In this document: in pieces, positions 12,768-25,300 of the stretch
Position numbering within the stretch: the first letter of the stretch is position 1
How the letters are laid out: every line of letters begins with the position of its first letter
Notes under the pieces: model-generated
Told to the model about the DNA's origin: nothing
Seen by the model: only the letters and a program-made list of their open reading frames with translations
Databases searched by the model: none
Position numbers and translations under genes: made by a program
Source: Lingula anatina
Lineage: Eukaryota; Animalia; Brachiopoda
DNA: 64,000 bases
Reading direction: 5' to 3'
Assembly: GCA_051362555.1 (NCBI GenBank)
Contig: CM120644.1
Location: 11,492,567-11,556,566, forward strand

Positions 12768-13904
12768 TAAGTCAGGTTCCCTGGCTAAGAAGTTAATTAC
12801 CAACGTTACATGGGCACATCCGCACATCTTACCCTATCTGGAACAGTTATACAGTACTTTCATGGAAATCCTAGTCAACTAAACCGGGGAGCCGGCTTCA
12901 TTTTATTATTATTATTATTTTATTTTATTTATTTATTTATTTTATTTTTATGGAAAAACTGGGTGCAGTACTGTCCTAGAATACATGTGCATGTATCTGA
13001 TTTGACCAGCAGCCGGAACAGGAAAAGCTTAGGGACGCTAAGGGTAACTACCTGCAAACGACATATTGAGTAAAATTCGGGGGAGGAGTTTACGAGAACG
13101 TTTAAAGGACCAAGGGTTTGGTTTTGTGGCCAAAGGGCCACAGTTCATGGATATAAGACATCCTACGAATATGCAAATAAGGGGAGCAATATGCAATTGA
13201 CAGAGTCAGCATGTACTAAACAATGCTTAAAATGTTGTGGTATATCAGCTTAACGGTCTCTGCGCTTTTTCATTTCTCATGATGATAAATCTTTGTTTTC
13301 CTGAATACTGGTGCTTGTTTATACCGGCAGTTTCAATGAGAATGAGCCGTAAGTTTGGAGGACCGAAATAATGAACGAAATAAGGCCATATAACAGAGTA
13401 TGTATTCCCCTAAACCTATATATGTCGGTAATCATACATCTGATCTGAACGTATGTCTGAGATTGCTTTCTCCACGCCAAGAGTGACTGCTTATCAGTGA
13501 AATAAGATTTCAAGCATCTTTCACATTGCCCTGACTATAGTCAGTGGATTTCTTAAAATAGACAGCAATGACAAAGATATTACAGGTTATCAACCGCAAA
13601 AAACTTGAAAAACTAAAGCCTATCTCTGAAATTACCCATTATGATTCAACAATTAGATTTCTTTTTTAATACTCCGTGGTCTTGTCTTTGTCTTTAAAAT
13701 GTTTGGATTTATATCTCCATAAGATACATTTGGCGTTTCAATCAATCTTCTTAGTCCAAAAAGCGCAATATTCACTTCTACGCTGATTACGTAACACTCT
13801 GCAACAGACATAAGGCCCCTTTCCTCCTCTTGGCTTTACGTACAATTACAGAAAAGCTGATGCTTATACGAGTACATTGAAAAAAGGGGAAGCGTCTCAT
13901 TTAG

Positions 13905-14066
13905 TTCAGCTGATTACACTCAGCAAGAGTCCCCTCAGAGTTGGATCGAACCACGTAGACTGATGGCGTCAAACATCTCAGCCGCTTAAGCTGAAAGCAA
14001 TACAGCGAGAAACCCGTCGGAGATGGATCGATCCTGTTAGATCGATATAGGTATGGGAACTCGGTC
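13905..14066. mobile_element. Chimeric MITE fragments: an arm resembling 38440-38505 joined to an arm resembling the reverse complement of 43859-43940
   Basis: agctgattacactcagcaagagtcccctcagagttggatcgaaccacgtagactgatggcgtcaa is similar to 38441-38505. cttaagctgaaagcaatacagcgagaaacccgtcggagatggatcgatcctg...gatcgatataggtatgggaa is similar to the reverse complement of 43862-43940. Confidence 0.6.
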
Positions 14067-17000
14067 TTAGTTACATAACTCACTGAAACTTATCTACGTG
14101 AGTGTCAAGATGGCACTATTGTTTTACACCAAAGGCTCTGCCAGAAACAATATCCCGTCTGTAAGGCTGAGATTACCATCTCGGATGCCTTCAACTTCAG
14201 CACTGCTTCTACTCTTTCAAATACATGCTATGTTGTCTTTTAACGTTTAGTTTTATCTGCACATCGTACACCTCGGGATATCAAATACAGGTGCCATTGT
14301 GGACTGATTGGTCCCCTACATGCACTTGAACATTTGTTTATCGTTTCATCAAGTAGTTCAAGTTATATTAGACGATATTGAGATTATGAGCCGGTGAGAA
14401 CAGACGGGCGAAATGTACTGATTTGTGGTAGCGCCAAACAGGACATAATTCTCAGTGAGTAATTTTATATCTTTGTTAAACATGCAACGGATTAGAATTA
14501 GTCATCAAGAATCGGCAGAACCATGGGGAGAAACACTCACAATCTCTTCAAAACTGTTGCCCCAAGTTCAAACAAACCCTTTTTATTGCTTTTCATTGCT
14601 ATTTAAAGTCACAAATCCACATAGGAATGTTGGGTAGACTTCAATTACATTCACACACGGAATAGCACCAAGATAACATGCAGTGATACAATTGTACACG
14701 TGTAAATGAGCCTGGAACAGCGACAGAATTACGCAGACTTTCAATAATGGCATAATTTCGCGGCCAAACTCATGTACCTTGTCTGTTTATCTCTCTATCA
14801 GGTGGATGAGGAATGACATTGGAGGCTGATGTGAGGAATGAAAATGTGTGCTTAAAGATATGTCATATGTCTTTGTGGTGTTGGTTGCCAAAATTGCCCT
14901 AATGAGCACAGGACGTGCTATTGTGGGTTTCGGTGAGTGCTCCCACCCTTGCTTGGGCGAATACAGAAGCCGCCATATTTTTAGTACTTCACAACTGGAA
15001 GATATTAGACAATAGACATTGAGTTGTAGCATTAGAGATTTTATAAATGGCCCAATAGCCCTGAAAGAGAGAATGAACACTGAAGGCAATACTTTTTCAC
15101 AACAAATTTACTTGATTTTCCGTTTTCAAACAAATTAAGAAGTGGGTGTCATAAACGAAAGGATCCCCTGAGATGTAGGGCCCGGATTGAATGAAATGTA
15201 CACTTAGGCACGTCTTAGATTTCGGCGCACACACGTCACGTTAATCCTAACCTATACGAATCTAATGGGCTTTGGACAGTGGTACGTGGACATTCAGTTT
15301 CAGATCTGATGTTCAAGGTACTGGCTGGGGGAATTCTTGACGTCACGTTCTCAACACTGTGGTGGGTACAGGCAAACTATGGCCAACTCCCCTTGAAAAT
15401 CTGTACTTACCATATAGGAGCAACTGCTTTGATAAAATCTGTTTTGATAAAATCGCTTTCGATTACCCTAAGCAATCATAACCACAACGTGTTAACTTGA
15501 TAGATTTATCGATGCCCTTAATCTAGCTTAATTCTGTCGTCTTAATGTAAATGTTGTGACCAGCCTTCGACCACGAAACCACAGAACTGGGATGATCGTG
15601 GCCTGCGGTGGTCAAGTATTAGATAAGAAAATCAGATACTGAAAATGCACATTCCTTCACCTGTTTACAAATAAAAATGGTGTATTATAACCAAAATAAG
15701 GTTTGATTTAAAATAACTTATTTTATGACTGACCATACAATAATATTTTTCGATGAAGGACAAAAAAATTCCAAAACAAAATTAGTCCGCACAGTTTTAT
15801 CAACACCCCTCCTTTTGGGGGCACTGTTTTGTAAACCTTGATAACAGCCGTCATAATTCATCGCCCTCACATTTCACCCCCGCGTGCTCTGTGTAATTAC
15901 TGACATCTGGATATTGCTTTATTGTGGGGGAAAATAGTATGGTATCTGTCACGCTCAAGTCTATATATTCAAATGTTACATAAGTCTTATATATCTGTTT
16001 TATAACTTATATAAAGAGAAATATATTTTTAAAAATAATTTAAAAATAATTTTACAAGGATGAATTGACTTGAGAGGAAGACTATTTGTTATTGTATTGT
16101 AAATAAAATACACGTGCTTAAATACAGGATTATTGTCCACAGCTGAATTGAAGAGAATGTCTTTACAAGCAAGCTGAAAGGGTCGAGGAAGGCAATACTG
16201 TTTTTTCCCTATTCAAAACTTTTGGTCTGTTGGTGCATTGTCGCAAATGCATACGCATTAAGAAAGAGAGAGAGATGGGAGACGATGAGGGGAGCGACGG
16301 AGAGAAGGAGAAGACTGAAAGAACAGAATAGACACACACATATATAAACTCATGCTCAATCCCTCCCTGGCGCCTTAACGAATAAATTGAAGCATTCTTT
16401 GTACCCTTTGGTGCCCATAGGTCAAGGTACCCCTTGGCCATCACTGGACAGAATGACACATACTGTCCGAAAAACATGGTCCCCGTGTCTCTGTCAACGC
16501 AGTCTGTCAGTAATACAGTGTTTTTGCTAAAACAGTGATAAATTTGGTTGGCTTCGTTTACGCGCCTTGAGAAGTGCCATCGAGGTGCATTTTTTTATTT
16601 GACAAGGAAAGAAAGCAAGCTAACCAGGGCCGCAGGACTCGTGAATCATTGGCAGCTAGCGCAAGTTGAGGACTTGGTAAATCGTGTGTTACCGTAAGAA
16701 ATGGTATAAGCTTATTCTATCATCGCAAGATATCGTTTTGGAAATGCTAAAGAGGAAGGTATCTTTAGCTGTCAGTTTGTTAGACTGTTCATTCCACTTA
16801 CATAAACCGTGCGTGAATAATAAAAAATATGGTGGTTGTTCACTTTGAACATAGGCTTATAGAAGGGTTTCCACTCAACCACCTTGCAAACTTACTGAAT
16901 TAGATCTTTCCTTTCTCAAAAGACACAGAAAGCAGGCATGGGAGGCCACAGAATCATGTAACCCTACCACAAAATAACCTAAATTGCAACTTCTGTTTCT

Positions 17001-17242
17001 TATTTTCAAAGTGAGGTGGGGGGGGGGGGGGGGCGTGCCTCCTTTCTAGGTATAAATACTTTGCCAGTGTTTTGTAACACCAGAGCATCTTTCTTATGCG
17101 CAGATAGTTAAATTAACTGGGAAAGTGAATGACACACGTCAGATGTTGTATAAATCTCGCTTGTACTTTGACAGCATGTCAGTCATTTGATAGGGTGCTT
17201 GGTTAGGCAGGCGCGAAAAGCATTACTGTCACTCATTATTTT

Positions 17243-17286
<44 letters not shown>

Positions 17287-20014
17287 GATTTTCAATAAAA
17301 GGGTCTATCTAAACTCAGATTAACAGCACAGATATATAACACCTCCCCGAGACTTATCTTCTTTTGTAAAACTGCTCAGTCCCTCGAAATTTCCCAGACG
17401 TAACAGTATCACTGTTAGGCTTTGAGGTCTACTGTCTATTTATATTACTTCAGTACTCATGAAGGAGCCTAAAGAGGGTGTGTGTAGCCGGTAGGATATA
17501 TTCTATCGGGTTTCAAAAAACGCAGTAACAAAACATAGTAACAAAACCCTAAAAATGCCCATTTCAACCCAATGAGCATAGCCTATGCATAATATACAAT
17601 CTACTCTAGTACATGTAATATATGAAGGACAACTACGTCGCTGGAATGAACTCTGCCGCGTCTTGACTAGTGTTTAACCCCGCTTGACCGTAGTGGCTGA
17701 ATGCAGACGCTGGACATTAACTATCCCAGACTGGTACTGGCCAGATTTACTCACTGGTCCTTATCGCTGAAGTCGCTACTGGGAAAATTGAGAAAGCATA
17801 GCCGAAAATGTTTGCCAATTGAGGCCCCCTTCTTTGAAAAGTGATGGACGTAAAGTAACCAGGATACGTGTTTTCTACTTCGCAATTGGGCGCATTCTTG
17901 AACATATTCATCTTGTCATTCATGGCCTATTATAAAGTATCTTTATCGTTTGACAGCATGCCTACGCATTATAAGAACTGGTATCTTGGTAACCCTAAAA
18001 ATGTCCATCGGGTCTTATTGAGTAAATCTCACTCACTCTCACCACTGTGCAAGTTCAAGCCGGTACTTTTAACATGCCATTGGTTAAAAATGCCATACCA
18101 GGAGACAAGTAAATGGTGATTGTGATTTTCAGGCGTGTGTCCACAACAACTATAATTGTAATGTACAAATTCGTACAAATGTTCCACCTCCATGCTCGTA
18201 AATATAAGACAAAATATTGTGATATCAGAGATGTCGCCATGATTTATTAGATTGGCAAATTCAAACAACTTGCTCGGGAAAATGACTTAAAGACATTCTT
18301 TTAAAGTCTTTAAAAGACAGCTGCATAAAAATACCAGTATTGACAAGTATAAAAATTATGCCTACAATGGTTATCAATTTCTGTTATTTTTATCGTAATT
18401 ATATTGATAATAAAATAATCTATTTTTTTCGAACACGTACATGAATGGTGGCTGTTCTGATGCTGGACATGTTTCACAGATTTTAAATGAAGTTACTGGT
18501 ACAGGGTAGTGTATGTATCCATATTCTGACTGCGTTCCTAATACGTGATTGATAAAATAGCTTGGGGAATGTAGCAATGTATTGTTTTCATATTGATCAT
18601 CACATTATGGATCTCGTCACAGCCCACAGGTGAAAACACCTTTACGATGTCGAATTTCGAAATAAATATATGTTGATACCATTTAACCTATAACCTTTGA
18701 TAATAGATACAAAGGTTATTGCGAACGCCAGTTCGGTCATTGATATACATGTACAGGTATACACATTCATTTAGCGTTGGGTTCTTTTTAGGTAATTGCA
18801 GGGGGGGGGGGGGAAATTAGCCGAAGCGCACTTCGCATTTGTGTAATTGACACAAGGGGGGGGGGAAAGTATTCTTAAGTTACTTAGTACCTTGAGATTT
18901 CTTCCCACTTTTTATAACTGGATTTTATAAGAAAGGGCAACAGTTTAAGTATTGAATTTTCTTTCTAACAGCTACAACCTCGAGACTCGTTCAAAACTAG
19001 GACATGTGGAAATGGACATTATTATTATAAGCGTATGTGCGCCTCTACCCACACACCCAAAGGCACCGACGCGTGTCATTACTGTTGCGTGATAGAGATG
19101 ACTGATAAACATCAAAACAACACGGCCGAGAAACAAAACAATAGTGATGAATTACATAGGAACAGGTGTTTATATCATACATATACATATGTACACCCTA
19201 TACGCGCGCGCGCGTGTGTGCGCATACTGTTATAAAATAAAATTATCTATTGTTGAACAATTACTTTGTAACAGTTTCCACTTTTCGTGTCTTAACGTTC
19301 TGCAGATTGCGATCTTTCTTAGTGTTTTGAAACATTGTTTTATTTCAGATATTTAACCTTTAACCATTTATCCCAACAGAGCAGAAACTGCAACTACGAT
19401 TTAAGAGCATCAATTGTCAGAAGATATAAAAAGACGTCCATAGCTTTCTTTCTATCTTATTGTTGTGTCTTCTAAGCAAGGTATAAATTAATTTTGATAA
19501 AAAAGCTCACTCCTAAAATAATTGCAAAAGTAAAGATAGGGCGTCATGCCAACAATTTAATGCATTAATAACAGTAAGACCACATTACAATAATCTATTA
19601 AATTACACAGTGTCCCCCTCAGCTTACAACAATGGACAACAGATAGCGTATCATGGGATTATATGTGTGAGAAGCTCTACGACACAAAGAAAAGAGTATT
19701 GTTTAGTAAAGATACATCTATTAAATGATTTTATCAATTCAAATCACGTTCTTCTGTCACTCAACGCCAGGTAGACTTCTAAATAGAGACTGTTCTTCAT
19801 ATCTGATGTAGATGTACACCTTTTTAAGTACGTTATGCGACTATTATGCTGCAAATAGTGCTCTTCAAAGGGTTAAGGCCACCGCGTAGTAGATAGTGTG
19901 AAGTGGAGTTTTACATTTTAAAGGGTGCCGACGCGCGCCTCTCTCACACCGGCTCTCTCTTGCGCTTAACTTGATATCAGCCTGATCATCATATTCTGTT
20001 GATAAGCATGGGCT

Positions 20015-20051
<37 letters not shown>

Positions 20052-21651
20052 CTCTTAAGCATGTGAACTCTGGCACTACAATTTACATAGTCCATTGTGA
20101 CCCCACGAAGAAACTTAAAGATGCAGGGTAGACTTCAATTACATGAAAATTAATCAATATCATCTACCTGTATAAATGCCACCAAGGTCTGCTTGTGGAA
20201 CAAACAAAACAGATAGTTTACCTTCCTCATTCTGAGTAGTACGGTAGCCCTGACTCAAATACTACTATATGTATTTCTATTCCACCGGCGATATATGTTT
20301 GCAAATATGAGCACACGCAGGTGAAAGATTAAAACACCGGAGGGATAAAGAAGCGTGAAATATAAAATAAAATATATGAAGGTTGTTTTGATTGTCAACT
20401 ATTTTGCGTACTGTTATAGCGTACAACATGTGAGTGCTATGGCTGCACAGCAGTAGGGTTCTGTTTGTCCTTGAGAAATTAGAAGGCCATTATGTGCAAT
20501 GATGGAATAATGCAGCTTTAGACTGAATTGCGGGTATTTTTAATTTTGATCACTTCGGATCAGATCTACATTGCCTTGCTCCAAGTACATGTACTGTATC
20601 AAAGACATGGTGTGTTCGGGTTTTAGGTCACTGAGACCAGGTTTTTCCAAATGTAATCGAGCCTTATTTTTGCAACATTGAATATGACGCTCCTCCTGCG
20701 TTTAATATGGCACACAAACTAAGCCCTTTGGTTATTTTATGGGCTTCATTAGTCATAATAACAAATTTGCCTGCAAAAATATACTGAAACTCTTCCTTAT
20801 GCAGTTCCTTACGGTCAATGTCCAAAAAAAAGAGTCCTTCGTGGCGCTTACAAATATCTTAGAGCGCATCCGTATAAAGTACAGAACAGAATCCATGATG
20901 GCGGCAGGCGCCTTCTTCTCATTAGAAAACAATCTCAAGTTATTAGTCACTTTCACCGTAATGTCCTCTTAATGTTCTTCCAGCTATCTTGAAGCTGAGC
21001 GTCTTATCGCGGAGGGGATGGGATGGGAGAGGGGGTTATGTAAGGCTCGTGGTGAGTAAACCGATGCCCAGTCCTGTGTGGAAAATTAATAAGGGCGTCA
21101 GTTGGATATGTCATAGTTTCCTCATTTATTTTGGTGTTGTTGCTGAGGGTTTATCATCTGTGATAAAAAGAAATGTTGTTTTTATGGGGTTCGGAGATGT
21201 GGGAGGATGTGTGGGTGGGTGGGTGGGAGACAGGGAGAGGTGGGGCGTTTGTAGGGTAATTGGGGAGGGTTCACAAATTCTTACTTTCAAAAATGAATAA
21301 TGAGATGCGAAATGGGCCACGTTGGAGATAAAAGTGTACATGCAGTTCTTAAGGGTTGATTTGGCAGGGGGGGGCAATGTGACATGGCCTGCCTCCTCCC
21401 CCATACCCTGTTATTCATTTTTCTACCGGTAGGCCTATATCTCCATGCACGTACGTGCCTTCAGTCTTCCAAGTCTCAAATGTCTAACATTGCTTTACCT
21501 TCAGCCAGCCCATGATGTACGCAACCACGCGTACATCATGTAATGGCTGCACTTGCTGTAGTGGTGACTACCTCAACAGCTTCTGGCTTCAGGCTGGGCC
21601 TGTGTGACAGGAGTGACAGTCTGCTACATTGTAAGAACCGTAGTCCGTTCT

Positions 21652-22327
21652 GCCCCTATTTCACACAGACCACGAATCCCACGAATGGCCATGAATTGAC
21701 AAATTTCACGATTCGTGGTTGAATCGTAATCAGTTCGTGACGTTCTTAACAGATTCGTATATATTCGTAGTCAGTTCTTGCACTTCTTGACCAACAGGAA
21801 TGGGTGGCAAAAACTTTGATGCCCCTATTTCACACAGACCACGAATCCCACGAATCGCCAGGAATTGAAAATTTGGTTGAATCGTAATCAGTTCGTGAAG
21901 TTCTTAACAGATTCGTATACAATCGTAGTAAGTTCTTGCAATTCTTGATCAATCGGGAATTCGTGGCAAAAATTTTGAGCTGTTCATAGTTTTGGCCACG
22001 AACTCCCGATTCCAAAAAATCGTAGTGAATATCTGGACAATATTCGTGCGATTCCAGCCGAATCCCACGAATATTCGTAACACTATCGCACCTGTATCGT
22101 AACTGAATCGTAGAGCGTGTCGAATTAGACCAGAAAATTGGCAAAATCTCACGATTCCAGCCGAATCCCACGAATATTCGTAACACTATCGTACCTGTAT
22201 CGTTAGTGAATCGTGAGCGTGTCGAATAAGACCAGAAAATTGGAAAAATCTCACGAATCCTCACGAATCCTAAAATTTGTCAATTCCTGGCGATTCGTGG
22301 GATTCGTGGTCTGTGTGAAATAGGGGC
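21652..22327. mobile_element. Non-autonomous TIR element with a duplicated left end and an internal tandem duplication
   Basis: GCCCCTATTTCACACAGACCACGAATCCCACGAAT at 21652 and again at 21821; inverted copy ending ...GTGGTCTGTGTGAAATAGGGGC at 22327. About 100-bp tandem duplication at 22049-22250. Rich in cacgaat/attcgt motifs. Confidence 0.85.
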
Positions 22328-25300
22328 CTTCCCCATCACTTTGTTCAGGTAACATTCGGTCCCCACACTAACCCCAAAACTCCGATTAACCCTAACCTGT
22401 ACTAACGGGACCCTGATCTTTTATTCCTAGGGTTGCCATTCCTGTCACAGAGAGAGTGGGTACACCCAGATATCCAGTGACTCGGCGCTAGTTGTCACAC
22501 TGATTAAATATTTGGGTTCGAATTCCGCATTGTTTCCAACCCACAAACCACATGATAATCGACATATAATAGACATATAATTTCATGATCAGCACAGATA
22601 ATGGCAATTAGGGAATCGAAACATTTTGCTCAGATGTCGCACTTGCGTGTTGAGTGGGTTTGGATGTAAATGTGTGTGTGCGTGTGTGAGAGAGAGAGAG
22701 GCAGATCAGCGTTTGTGAGAGTTTGTGCACGTTTGTCTGCTTGCCTGTTTATCCGTACAAATTCTTCTTTTTGCGTGTGAGCGCGCGTGTATGTTCATGA
22801 TCTTGCTTGTCAGGGAGTTAGTGCATGTAGCACGTGTCTGTTTGTATGTAAACGACTGTGTGCGAGTTTCTACACATGCATGAGTGCGCAAGTAAATGCG
22901 CTGTGTTTAATCATGATAACCTCACCATAACCCTATATAATTCCCTGTAATTTATACAATTCAACTTCAACTTGACATTCCGCTTTTATTATATCGCATC
23001 CACGACTTCTCTGAGCACGTGGTATGTGGACTGGGAAGACAGGAGACCGACCCTGCTTTTAAACAGGAATTACGGTATGCAATGGTCTCTCTCTATCTCT
23101 TTTTACGCATTCTACGGTTCACCTGCGTGGCTGTCTTTACGCGAGTTTACTTATATAGTGCACTCGCATGGGCTTTCGAGTAAGCACCATCGTTTTATAC
23201 GCAAACCCCACCGTTTGAATTGAACACTCTTCCAAGATTTTTTAATTAAAAAAGAAAAACTGACCTCATAATTATTCAATCCGGTCTTCTACACATAATA
23301 CAGGGGTCTTATTACTACTTATGCATTTAAAGTGCAATCCTGTTTTTAATAACACGTCTGGAACAAAATCATTCACTCATATTGAGTATTTTAGAAGTGC
23401 TTAAGACGAATCCATGCATTCGAGTAACCAGTTGCCAATAGCCTATTTTAAAAAATGTCGCTGTGCTTTAATAGAGCCTACCAGAAGCGAATTATGAAAC
23501 GGGAGGGAGGGGGAGTTTAATTTAAAAAACGCGAGGAGCTTGTATCGCAGCCCACGATGGAATAGAGAGGCATTGTCAGGGATGAAAGAAAGCCCGATAC
23601 CTTCTGTATTTGCCAGTGTAATAGGTAGACAGACCTGCCTCGTAGAATTACTTATGCTTATCTCCGATAATGCTTCGCCACAGGTCACTTATTCTGACAC
23701 ACACTAACACCTGCCCCCCCCCCCTGCCCCTATCCGTGGAGACTTAATCCGTGAAATGTGACCGCGCGTGACCAACGCAGTATACCATACTGTACCACTG
23801 TTATCTTCCTTCACTATGTGAACCGGGTAATAAAACGCGGTTCGTGATGGACTCATTGTACCCTGGCTGCGTTCTAACGTTAATTAACACCATTAGCTTG
23901 CGAAAGAGACAAGACGCCCTTCTAAAATAGAAATGGAAAAGGTGGTTACAAAAGAGGTCTACGTGGATATGTTCATGGTGGACGAGAGAGTGGTCAGAGT
24001 ATGGGAAGCGACCAGGCAAACCACAGTCACGAGGACCCGTGAGTGGTAATCCTTTCTCGCAAGTGAAATGAAATTCATAGGCCTCCTCTGCCTCAACTTT
24101 TCACTTAACAAAAAGAACTCAATGGCATGCTTAACAAGAGAAATCAATGCTTTGCGTGTTTTGTTGTGATTATACAAGAGTAACGCACTTTTATTAAAGT
24201 TTAAACCTTTTTGTTCATATAGTCATCCAAAAGGTCCACTAGCAATATCTATCAATGCTTGAGACAAGCCTTTTTTTTGTACCACGAGAAACCTTGATGT
24301 ATTCATTCAGTGTTCTTTCAAGGGTATTTTTGTAACCTGCAAAAAGCAGACTGATATCAGCAGCAAAATGTCTCAAAAGCACCTGCTGTAGTTCATAATC
24401 TGACGTTCTACTTTTGTTCAGCTAGCTAGGAAGGGAACGACAGAGGGTGCCACGCCCCCATCACACAGCGCCCCAAATAAACAATATTGTCTCTGCAATT
24501 TAGACTGCTCTGACATATGTAGGAAGGGAGGAAAATCATCGACAGTCCTTGTAATGTAAATTTGTCATAAAATAAGCATTTAAATAAATGCGTTTCCATT
24601 GAGTAATATGATATATAAAAGACATTACAATGAAGATAAAAGTGATGTGTTGACTCATTTCCCGTGTCTTATAGATATTATTATAAAACAGATAAATGTT
24701 CTGTTATGTGTAAGACTGGTAGCACTCCTTTCACATATGATTTATACATACACCCAGCTTGTTTACAGTAAAACTCCCCCTCTAGCATTTTTATAAAATA
24801 TTAACACAAATATGGTTATGTTGATTATGATTAAATGAAAATAAAAAACTGCAATAAAGAAAACACAATGTTCCCTTACCTGTATATGGCTTGGACGTTA
24901 CTTGTATCAGTCCACAATATAATAACAAAAATATATAATAGTTCCTAGTAAAGACGTGCATTACGTCACGGAGCAAACTTCCAGTCATTATTGTAGCTGT
25001 ATCTCTCTTTGGATTCATTTATAATAATTAATTCCAGCTAAGCATGGCACGGACAGCGTCAAGTCCCGGCACCCGTAAAGCACGACGAATGATAAAGAAT
25101 AAGCCAGGCTGTGCCCTGTGGAAATTCGTCAAAAATATATAAATATACAGACGAACGTTGAATACTGCTGCTGTCAGAATCGTCGTTACACGTTAAAAAA
25201 AATGAACGATTCCTGTAAAGAATTGTAACCAAGTACCCGTAAAAAGCGCCGTAAAGCTCAACAGCGCGTTCCTCCGTGACCGTTTTGCGTAGTGGTCAAC

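Noticed and set aside
12833-12837. Possible 5-nt microexon (ttccag ATAGG gtaaga, minus)
   Set aside because: The only phase that links to the exon at 11908 creates a TAG stop; likely chance.
21830-22264. 144-aa ORF with an internal repeat
   Set aside because: Lies within a non-autonomous TIR element's tandem duplication and has no transposase motifs.
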